This document shows positions 34,095-41,847 of a stretch of 64,000 nucleotides of DNA, piece by piece; the stretch's first letter is position 1, and each line of letters starts with the position of its first letter. Below the pieces are notes generated by a model, which did no database searches, was not told the DNA's origin, and saw only the letters and a list, made by a program, of their open reading frames with translations. A program made the translations under genes and the position numbers. The DNA is from Elusimicrobiales bacterium (GTDB lineage Bacteria > Elusimicrobiota > Elusimicrobia > Elusimicrobiales > UBA9959): the NCBI GenBank assembly GCA_028713125.1, contig JAQTOU010000002.1, positions 142,583 through 206,582 on the forward strand, given 5' to 3'.

Positions 34095-36733
34095 CGATAT
34101 ACAACACTTATTTATTCGGCAAAGTTCTCGATAAAACTTCCTGGACCCCGGCCGAGCTTGAAAAGATAGGCCTGCAGGCGCAGGCGGCCCGCGAAGCTAT
34201 GCGCGGCGCTTCCCGCGAATACATAATCAATACCCTGGTAAAAGCCGGGAAGCTGTTCGGAAAAGGCGGGAAGTACCGCAAGGCCGCGCTGGCCCACCTT
34301 AAAGAGCACATCACTTTCTCCGAGCCGGTCATCGACAAAAGCCTGGACGTGATACCGGAGCTGCTGGATAAGCAGGGGATGAACAAGCGGATGAGCATGG
34401 AGCTCTTCCTTCCCTACGCCCTGGAAACCACGGTGGAGCGGCGCGGCTATTCCGGCCTGATACGGGCCATGCCGAAAGGCGTGGTCCTGCACGTGGGCGC
34501 CGGGAACGTTTTCCTCGGCATCCTGGACTCGCTGGTGATAGGCTTCCTCACGAAGAATGTGAATATAGTGAAGCTTTCCTCTTCCGGCTCCAACTTCATA
34601 AATATTTTCATGGACGCGCTGAAAGAGGTGGACGAGGAAGGGATCCTTGCCAGGTCCGCCGCCATAATAAGCTGGAAAGGCGGCAGCCAGGGCCTGGAAG
34701 AGGCCGCGCTGAAGAACGTGAACGCCGTTTTTGTCTGGGGCGGCTACGAAGCGGTGCAGTCCTACCGCAAGATAGCCCCGATAGACGTGCGGGTGGAGGG
34801 CTTCGGCCCCAAGACCAGCGTAGGCGTGGTCTTTGAAAGCTGCGTGGAGAACGAGGGGATGGACGCCGTGGCTCGGCGCGCGGCCACCGACGCTTCGCTT
34901 TGGGACCAGGCCGCCTGCTCCTCGCTGCATACGCTTTACTTCGTCGCCCCGGCCAAAAAACACAAAGCCCTCGCCGCCGATTTCCTGAAAGCGGCAAAAA
35001 AACATTTTACTCAGCTGGCTAAAGACCTGCCGCCGGGGAAGCTGTCGCCCGACGAGATGGTGGAGATAAACAAGGCCCGCCAGCTCGCGCGCGTGGACAG
35101 CGCGCTGGGGAACGCCTCTTATGAAAGCTCGGCGCCGAAGACGGACTGGACGATGATCTACGAGAAGGACCCCGTCTACCGCGTCTCGCCGCTCAACCGC
35201 GTGCTTTACGTGAAGACCGTGGAGAGCCTCGAGGAAGTCAGGGACCGGCTGCTGCCGATGCGCGGCTATATCCAGACCGTGGGCGTCGGGGGCTCGATTG
35301 AGCGCAAGAAAGTGATGGAGGTGCTGGGTCCCGCCGGCATAGCCCGCATAGTAAGGCTGGGCAAGATGCTGGAGGAGTCCAACGGCTCTCCGCACGACGG
35401 TATCTTCCCGATGATGTCGCTGGTGAACTGGCTGCCCATCGAGGAGAAGCCCTCGCAGCTGGACCGCCTGAGCGAGATGGTGGAGCACGCGAAGAGCCGC
35501 AGCGTTTTCTACGGCCGCCATTTCAAGTCCGTGCCGAAGATAACCGGCATGGAGGATTTCGCCAAGGTTCCTTTCCTCGAGAAGCACCATGTGCTGGACA
35601 ATACCCCGCCGGACAGCTCGGACCTGCTTACCTCCCGGGTGCAGCGCGGCATTTATTTCGCCAGCGGCGGCTCCACGGGCCAGCCCAAGTATATTTTTTA
35701 CGACCAGAAAGAATACGACCATACCTGCCGGATGCTCGCTTTCACCATGGAGGCGGCGGGCCTGGGCGAAAGGGATACGATAGCGAACCTGTTCATCGCC
35801 GGGAACCTCTGGTCCAGCTGGCTCTCCGTGGAAAAAGCCATCTCCTATACCAAGGCCATCTCGGTGCCCGTCGGCAGCAATTTGCCGCTCGAGAATATCG
35901 TGGGCTACCTGGAGGACTTCAGCGTGACCGCCGTGATAGGCCTGCCCTCCTTCCTGGTGAAGCTGGCCGAATACGTGAAAGCGAATCCGAAGAAGCACAA
36001 GCTCCTGGTAAATAAGATATTTTACGGCGGCGAATATGTCGGAGAAGAGATGGTCAAGTTCTTCAAGGGCGTGTTCCCCGGAGTGGACGTGCGGTCGGCC
36101 GGCTACGCCACCGCCGACGCCGGCGTAGTGGGCTTCCAGTGCCCCGTCTGCGTGAAAGGGCAGCACCATATTTTCTCTTCCAGCCAGTTCATAGAATTCG
36201 TGGACCAGGATACCATGGCCCCGGTGAAAGAGGGGGCGGTCGGCGAGCTGGTGGTGACCTGCCTTTCTAAAAAGAGCATGCCTATCATCCGCTACCGGGT
36301 CGGGGACCTCGGGCGCTGGATCATGAAGCCCTGCGCCTGCGGCAGGAAGGAGCACCTTTTCGAGATCCTCGGCCGCTGCGACGACCGCATCCACGTCGGG
36401 GGGGCCCACCTCTTCGTGAACGATATCCAGAACGCGCTGGGGAAAGTTCCTGAGCTCAGCTTTAATTTCCAGGCCGTGATCGACAAAAAAGGCCATAAGG
36501 ACACGCTGAAAGTGCGCGTCGAGGTCAAGGACGAGGCTTCGCTGCCGCGTTCCGCCGAGCTGGCGAACGTGCTCTGGCTTCAGATCCAGAGCCACTGCGA
36601 GGACCTGCACGAGAGCGTGCGTCTGAAATGGCTGGACAAGCCCGTCATCGAGGTCCTGAAGCCCAACACCATAGAGCGCATCCAGCGCACCGGCAAGATC
36701 CGCAAGGTCATCGATAAAAGGGTGAAGGTCTGA
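34091..36733 (+). CDS. LuxC-like acyl-CoA/acyl-protein reductase fused to a PaaK/F390-synthetase-like adenylate-forming ligase, 880 aa
   Basis: ATGA overlap with the LuxE-like gene. The N-terminal ~470 aa are ALDH-fold LuxC-like (GVVLHVGAGNVFLGILDSL, WDQAACSSLHTLYF with candidate catalytic Cys). The C-terminal ~400 aa carry FASGGSTGQPKYIFY, YRVGDLG and GRCDDRIHVGG. Confidence 0.75.
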   Translation: MTIYNTYLFGKVLDKTSWTPAELEKIGLQAQAAREAMRGASREYIINTLVKAGKLFGKGGKYRKAALAHLKEHITFSEPVIDKSLDVIPELLDKQGMNKRMSMELFLPYALETTVERRGYSGLIRAMPKGVVLHVGAGNVFLGILDSLVIGFLTKNVNIVKLSSSGSNFINIFMDALKEVDEEGILARSAAIISWKGGSQGLEEAALKNVNAVFVWGGYEAVQSYRKIAPIDVRVEGFGPKTSVGVVFESCVENEGMDAVARRAATDASLWDQAACSSLHTLYFVAPAKKHKALAADFLKAAKKHFTQLAKDLPPGKLSPDEMVEINKARQLARVDSALGNASYESSAPKTDWTMIYEKDPVYRVSPLNRVLYVKTVESLEEVRDRLLPMRGYIQTVGVGGSIERKKVMEVLGPAGIARIVRLGKMLEESNGSPHDGIFPMMSLVNWLPIEEKPSQLDRLSEMVEHAKSRSVFYGRHFKSVPKITGMEDFAKVPFLEKHHVLDNTPPDSSDLLTSRVQRGIYFASGGSTGQPKYIFYDQKEYDHTCRMLAFTMEAAGLGERDTIANLFIAGNLWSSWLSVEKAISYTKAISVPVGSNLPLENIVGYLEDFSVTAVIGLPSFLVKLAEYVKANPKKHKLLVNKIFYGGEYVGEEMVKFFKGVFPGVDVRSAGYATADAGVVGFQCPVCVKGQHHIFSSSQFIEFVDQDTMAPVKEGAVGELVVTCLSKKSMPIIRYRVGDLGRWIMKPCACGRKEHLFEILGRCDDRIHVGGAHLFVNDIQNALGKVPELSFNFQAVIDKKGHKDTLKVRVEVKDEASLPRSAELANVLWLQIQSHCEDLHESVRLKWLDKPVIEVLKPNTIERIQRTGKIRKVIDKRVKV

Positions 36734-36735
36734 AC

Positions 36736-37998
36736 ATGAGAAAGCGCATGACGGAGCGAAAAAAAAGCGGCTTAGCGTTTCTCCTGCTGGCGTCGGCCTG
36801 TAATTTCGCGTTCGTTCCCTGCTCGCCCGCGGCCGGGCCTGCCCTGGTCATCCCGGGAGCGGCCGAACAACTTTATATTTTTTCAGCTGAAAAAACCGCG
36901 GCTCCGGAAGCTGCGGCCCCGGTTCCCGGAGAGGTTGCTCGGTCTTCCTCCCGGGGCCCTGCGGGCGGGTATAATGCCCTGATATGGACTCCGGCCATTA
37001 CGGACGACTGGTATGAGTGGTGGTACTACAAGGTCGTGGTGCCCGGCACGGACGACGCTTTTTATTTTTGCTACGGGGTGGTGAACCCCTGGGACCTTGA
37101 CCTGACAAAGCCGGCTTCGCGGTCATATGTAAGCGCCGGCAGCTTCGCCGATAAAGAGACAGCAGAGCAGACCTTCAAGCCCGGCGATTTTTCAGCAAGT
37201 TCCGAGTCCACTTTCGTCCGGATCGGGGGCAACCAGGCCACCGACCGGGCGCTGAAAGGCAGCCTGCCCGCTCCGGGCGGCGGGGAGATCTCCTGGGACC
37301 TGACCGTGGAGAAGGACTGGGGCGTGAACCTGATGGCCTGGACTATGTCCCAGGGCTGGCTCTCCAATATTTACTGGTATCCCGCCCAGGCGAGCGCGCG
37401 GATGAGCGGGACGATAAAATACCGCGGCAGGATCATTTCCCTGAACGGGGCGCCCGCCTACCAGGACCGAAACTGGGGCCGGAGCTTCCCGAAGTGGTGG
37501 ACCTGGCTGGTCTCGAATAATTTCAAGAACTCTCCCGGCACGGTGCTGGCCTCCGGCGGCGGGCAGCCGAAGATCTATCCCGGCGTAGAACCTATACAGA
37601 CCGTGACCATCGGCCTCCGCCACGAGGGGAAGGAATATTTGTTCCGGCCCACTATGGGGGATATCGTCACCGTGGACGTGAATTTCGGGAAGTGGGAAGT
37701 GAACGCGCGCAATAAATGGGGGGAGAGGATGCAGATCTCCGCCTACGCCCCCCGCGAGAAGTTCCTCCTTCTGCAGTTCATGACGCCGCAGGGGAAGATG
37801 TATAACGATTATGAGGCTTTGAAAGGGAATATCAAAGTGAAGCTGTACAAGGGCGCAAAGCTTCTCGCCGACCTGGAAACAGCGGAGGGCGGCATCGAAT
37901 TCGGTTCTTTCGCCTCTTTCGACCCGAAACCTAATAGCGGAACTTCCGGAGAGGTCAGCTTTGACGGCCTTTTCTCTGGAGAAAACCATTTACAGTAG
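36736..37998 (+). CDS. Exported tocopherol-cyclase-family protein
   Basis: 2-nt gap to the upstream gene. Signal-like N-terminus KKSGLAFLLLASACNFAF. WYEWWYYKVVVPGTDDAFYFCYGVVNP resembles EGWYFRVSIP..ESFCFMYSVENP of plant VTE1. APAYQDRNWGRSFPKWWTWLVSNNF...LASGGG resembles [25 protein letters not shown]...LTAGGG. Confidence 0.65.
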   Translation: MRKRMTERKKSGLAFLLLASACNFAFVPCSPAAGPALVIPGAAEQLYIFSAEKTAAPEAAAPVPGEVARSSSRGPAGGYNALIWTPAITDDWYEWWYYKVVVPGTDDAFYFCYGVVNPWDLDLTKPASRSYVSAGSFADKETAEQTFKPGDFSASSESTFVRIGGNQATDRALKGSLPAPGGGEISWDLTVEKDWGVNLMAWTMSQGWLSNIYWYPAQASARMSGTIKYRGRIISLNGAPAYQDRNWGRSFPKWWTWLVSNNFKNSPGTVLASGGGQPKIYPGVEPIQTVTIGLRHEGKEYLFRPTMGDIVTVDVNFGKWEVNARNKWGERMQISAYAPREKFLLLQFMTPQGKMYNDYEALKGNIKVKLYKGAKLLADLETAEGGIEFGSFASFDPKPNSGTSGEVSFDGLFSGENHLQ

Positions 37999-38127
37999 CA
38001 AGCCGACGGGTCTTTTTTCATTTCGGCACTGGGTCTTTGTACCCATGCCCGCCTAAGTTCTCCGTGTTATCCTTTATATAGCAGGTTCCCGTATTGTCCT
38101 AAGACCTTACGGAACCCAAGGAAAACT

Positions 38128-39399
38128 GTGAATACAACAAGCTATCTTCTCACCTCTCTCTTCCTGGCCCAGGCGGGCCTTCTCTCCGCCCAAACCGGCG
38201 CGTCGGCTCCCGGCTCCACCAAGGAGCTGCTGCTTACTGCCACCGACCATACCAAGGATTCCAGGTCCCGCTGTGAAGCGATGAAGGCGCTCGGCGACAG
38301 CAAGGACGAAACGGTCCGCTATATCCTGACCAAAGCTATAATGGACCCGGATGCGGGGGTCCAGAGCTGCTCCGCCATGATAGCCGGTGAATCCAGGAAT
38401 CCCCAGGCCGTCGACATGCTTTTAAAGAACGTTAAAGGCTACCTGGACTCAGGCGCAGGGGAGAAAGCCGTTAAGCCCCGCCTGGCCGCCATAAGTTCTA
38501 TCTGGGCGCTCGGTGAAATAGGCAGCAAGGGGATAGCTCTCGAACTCAGGGAATTTTACAGGACCCCGGACACCACCCTGAAAATAAACAATTTGATCAG
38601 TATGGGCAAGCAGCACGGGGACGCCGCGGCCGCGGCTTTCATAAAGAGCGTGGCCCTGTCTCCTGAAGAAGCCGGCGCCGTGCGCGCCGCGGCTTTTGAA
38701 ATGCTGGAGGAAATGGGGAAAGGCCTGGCTATACCCGGCCTGGCCCTCTCCGCCGATATCGGGATACCTCCTGGCGATATTATCTATTCCGGCGGCCTTA
38801 CAGGGGAGATCAATGAGTGGGTAAGCCCCGACCTGCCCGTTGGCCACTCCGGGATCCTTGTCGGCACCGAGGCCGGGAACGGGCGGATCTACGTTCTTAT
38901 CGGCGACTGCGTGCCCGGCTTTTTTACCCCGCCCGACGTGCGCAATATAAAAGCCTGGAAGAATTTCACCCACCAGTTCAAGTATCCTTACTACGGCAAT
39001 AAAACGACCAGCCCGGCCCCCACGGCCGAGCAGCGGGCGAAGATCGTCGCCTTATCCCTGGAGCTGGGAACCAAAGGCTATAAATACGACTATACGCATA
39101 TCTCCCAGAAAGGCCCCGTTAAATTCGACTGCGTGGGGTACTCCGAATATATTTACGAATCCGCGGGCCTGAACCCTACAGACAATAAATACGAGTCGGG
39201 CCTGGGCTGGCCGCTGACGCCGTGGGAGCAGTATTCCTCCCTGGTTTCCGGCAAGTCGCAGGCGGTAATAGCTTCTCCCTTTCCCCCGGCCTCCGAAGTT
39301 CCGCCGGCCCCCGCAGAAATGCTGAGAAAAGGCTTGTTCGGAACCGCCGGAGAGCCGCTTAAAGCGAACATCGCTGCAGAGCCGGAGCCGGCTAAATAA
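38128..39399 (+). CDS. Secreted HEAT-repeat protein with C-terminal permuted papain-like (YiiX/NlpC-P60-type) domain
   Basis: GTG start with AAGGA RBS. Signal peptide LLTSLFLAQAGLLSAQ. HEAT/PBS-lyase-like repeats (AMKALGDSKDETV..., AMIAGESRNPQAV...). His before Cys: VGHSGILVG ... KFDCVGYSEYIYESAGL. Confidence 0.6.
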   Translation: MNTTSYLLTSLFLAQAGLLSAQTGASAPGSTKELLLTATDHTKDSRSRCEAMKALGDSKDETVRYILTKAIMDPDAGVQSCSAMIAGESRNPQAVDMLLKNVKGYLDSGAGEKAVKPRLAAISSIWALGEIGSKGIALELREFYRTPDTTLKINNLISMGKQHGDAAAAAFIKSVALSPEEAGAVRAAAFEMLEEMGKGLAIPGLALSADIGIPPGDIIYSGGLTGEINEWVSPDLPVGHSGILVGTEAGNGRIYVLIGDCVPGFFTPPDVRNIKAWKNFTHQFKYPYYGNKTTSPAPTAEQRAKIVALSLELGTKGYKYDYTHISQKGPVKFDCVGYSEYIYESAGLNPTDNKYESGLGWPLTPWEQYSSLVSGKSQAVIASPFPPASEVPPAPAEMLRKGLFGTAGEPLKANIAAEPEPAK

Positions 39400-39411
39400 A
39401 CCACCGGCGGG

Positions 39412-39446
39412 AAAAAAGGCCCTGGCTGCTGTAGCCGGGGCCTTTT
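39412..39446 (+). terminator. Rho-independent terminator
   Basis: AAGGCCCTGGCT / AGCCGGGGCCTT form a stem (one G-U pair) with a 5-nt loop, then TTTT. Confidence 0.75.
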
Positions 39447-39515
39447 CCATATCCTGGCAGTTCTAATAATAACGATCAGGGTATAGCGAAAATATAGGTA
39501 TAATTTCAAATCAAT

Positions 39516-41033
39516 ATGAAAGATATTCTGGTCCGCTGCGCGGAAAAATCAGGAAAGTATTTTAAAACGGCGGCGCTATTAGCTTCCTTGCTGGCCGTAT
39601 TTCCTTCAGGGGCAGCGGCCGATACGCTCGCCGACATAAAGGCCCGCGGGGTGTTCCGCTGGGGTGCCGACGCGGAGGGCGGCGCGCCCTATGTGTACCA
39701 GGACCCTAAAGATCCAGACAAGCTTATCGGCTTCGAAGTCGACCTTGCGGCGGCTTTGGCCGCGAAGTGGGGCGTGCGGGCCGAGATGGTGCAGAACAAC
39801 TGGGACGGGCTGATCCCGGCGCTGGGCCGCGGCAGCTTCGACTTCATCATGAACGGGCTGGAGATCACCCCTGAACACCTGAAGCAGGTGGGGATGAGCA
39901 GGCCTTACTATATCTACAGCCAGCAGATAGTCACCACTAAGGACAGGAAAGATATAAACGCCCCGGAGGACCTCAAGGGTAAAAAAGTAGGCGTCCTTTC
40001 GGCCAGCATGTCGCAGCGCGTGCTGGAAAAAATGGGCGGGGTCACGATAGTGGCCTATGCCGGCAACTCCGAGCCTTGCCGCGACCTGAAGAACGGGCGC
40101 CTTGACGCTTCGCTGATGGATTTCCCGATAGCTCTGTATTACGCTAAACCATACGCCGAGCTTAAATTCACCGGCAAGCCTTTCGCCTTCGGCTATTACG
40201 GGATAGCCGTTCCTAAAAAAGACGCGGAGCTGCTGCAGGACATAAACCTGGCGGTGGACTCCCTGCTGGCCGAGGGGAAACTGAAAGCCATCTACAAGAA
40301 GTGGGGCATGTGGGAAGAAAGCATGGGGTCCAGGATGAAGCGCTACGGCAAGGAGGACGCGGTGGTGGAGGAGAGCGCGGTCTCCGGGCTGCCGTGGGGG
40401 AAATACCTCTGGCTGCTCCTCAAGAGCGCGGTCATAACGGTGGAGCTCTCGGCCATTTCAATGGTGCTGGCCGTAGGGCTCGGGCTCATGCTTGCGCTGG
40501 CACGACTCTACGGCGCCGCGCCGCTGCGCTGGCTGAGCACGGCCTACGTGGAAGTGGTGCGCGGCACGCCTCTCCTTATACAACTTTATATCTTGTACTA
40601 CGGCCTGCCGAATATCGGGATAAAGCTGAGCGCTTTCGTGGCGGCTATATTCGGCCTTGGCATGAACTACGCCGCTTACGAGGCCGAGAACTACCGGGCA
40701 GGCATCCAGGCCATCCCGCGCGGCCAGATGGAGGCGGCGATGTCCCTCGGCATGGAAAAGATGCAGGCCGTCAGGTACGTGATCCTGCCGCAGGCCATGC
40801 GCATAGTCATCCCGCCGATCAGCAACGACTTCATCGCCCTTTTCAAGGATTCCTCCCTGGTCTCCGTCATCACCATGGTCGAGCTGACGAAGATGTACGG
40901 GATGCTGGCCAACGCAACTTACAATTACATGGGCCTCGGCCTGCTGACGGCGGCTATTTATTTCGGTCTCAGCTACCCGGCCTCGCTGGCGGCCAGGCAC
41001 CTGGAGAAAAAACTCGCGTATGATCATCGTTAA
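39516..41033 (+). CDS. Polar amino-acid ABC transporter, fused periplasmic substrate-binding domain and permease
   Basis: Signal peptide. SBP_bac_3-like region (GADAEGGAPYVY, NWDGLIPALGRGSFDFIMNGLEIT). Then a His/Glu/Gln/Arg-type permease (EAA-like loop AAYEAENYRAGIQAIPRGQMEAAMSLGM). Confidence 0.85.
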   Translation: MKDILVRCAEKSGKYFKTAALLASLLAVFPSGAAADTLADIKARGVFRWGADAEGGAPYVYQDPKDPDKLIGFEVDLAAALAAKWGVRAEMVQNNWDGLIPALGRGSFDFIMNGLEITPEHLKQVGMSRPYYIYSQQIVTTKDRKDINAPEDLKGKKVGVLSASMSQRVLEKMGGVTIVAYAGNSEPCRDLKNGRLDASLMDFPIALYYAKPYAELKFTGKPFAFGYYGIAVPKKDAELLQDINLAVDSLLAEGKLKAIYKKWGMWEESMGSRMKRYGKEDAVVEESAVSGLPWGKYLWLLLKSAVITVELSAISMVLAVGLGLMLALARLYGAAPLRWLSTAYVEVVRGTPLLIQLYILYYGLPNIGIKLSAFVAAIFGLGMNYAAYEAENYRAGIQAIPRGQMEAAMSLGMEKMQAVRYVILPQAMRIVIPPISNDFIALFKDSSLVSVITMVELTKMYGMLANATYNYMGLGLLTAAIYFGLSYPASLAARHLEKKLAYDHR

Positions 41034-41838
41034 GAACCTGGTAAAGAGCTACAAAGGCCACAAGGTCCTGGACGGCATCAGCATGGGCCAGGCCAGGGGC
41101 GAGAAGGTCGTCCTGATAGGCCCCAGCGGCTGCGGCAAGACCACGCTTCTGCGCTGCCTCAACCAGCTCGAAGTTTTCGATTCCGGCAAGATCAGCGTCG
41201 CGGGCGTTACCCTGGACGCCGCCTCCGACCATTCTTCCAAAGCGTGGAAGGCCAGCCGGCACGAGCTGCGAATGCGCGTCGGGATGGTTTTCCAGAGCTT
41301 CAACCTTTTTCCGCACATGACCGCCCTTGAGAACATTACCCTCGCGCCGACGAAAGTAAAAGGTATGCACGCAAGCGATGCGGGAAAGCTCGGCATGGAT
41401 TTCCTTGAAAAAGTCGGCCTCGGCGAGAAAGCTAAATTCTTCCCGTCCCAGCTCTCCGGCGGCCAGCAGCAGCGAGTGGCCATAGCGCGCGCTCTGGCCA
41501 TGAAGCCGGAGGTCATGCTTTTCGACGAGCCTACCAGCGCCCTCGACCCGGAAGTCAAAGAGGACGTGCTGGGGGTTATGAGGAAGCTGGCTTACGAAGG
41601 GATGACCATGCTGGTCATCACCCACGAGATCTCCTTCGCCAGGGACATAGCGGACAGGATAATTTTCATGGACGCGGGAAAGGTCGTTGAGGCGGGCCCC
41701 GCCAAAGAGATCTGCAGCCATCCCAAAGAAGCGCGGACCATTGAATTTCTAAGCAAGCTCCTGCCAAGGAGCCCGAGGCAGAAAACAGCGGTAAAGGTTC
41801 CGGACAACCAGCTTTCGCTGGAAGATCTCTGGGACTAA
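41020..41838 (+). CDS. Polar amino-acid ABC transporter ATP-binding protein
   Basis: Walker [10 protein letters not shown], signature [15 protein letters not shown], Walker [12 protein letters not shown]. 14-nt overlap with the permease gene. About 25-aa C-terminal extension. Confidence 0.9.
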   Translation: MIIVKNLVKSYKGHKVLDGISMGQARGEKVVLIGPSGCGKTTLLRCLNQLEVFDSGKISVAGVTLDAASDHSSKAWKASRHELRMRVGMVFQSFNLFPHMTALENITLAPTKVKGMHASDAGKLGMDFLEKVGLGEKAKFFPSQLSGGQQQRVAIARALAMKPEVMLFDEPTSALDPEVKEDVLGVMRKLAYEGMTMLVITHEISFARDIADRIIFMDAGKVVEAGPAKEICSHPKEARTIEFLSKLLPRSPRQKTAVKVPDNQLSLEDLWD

Positions 41839-41847
41839 AAATTAAGA

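Noticed and set aside
34112-36610. 832-aa stop-free ORF on the minus strand, antisense to the LuxC::PaaK-like gene
   Set aside because: It is a shadow ORF typical of GC-rich coding DNA. The product is monotonous (Arg/His/Gly/Val/Ala/Leu-rich) with no recognisable motifs and no RBS. The sense-strand ORF has clear family motifs and operon context.
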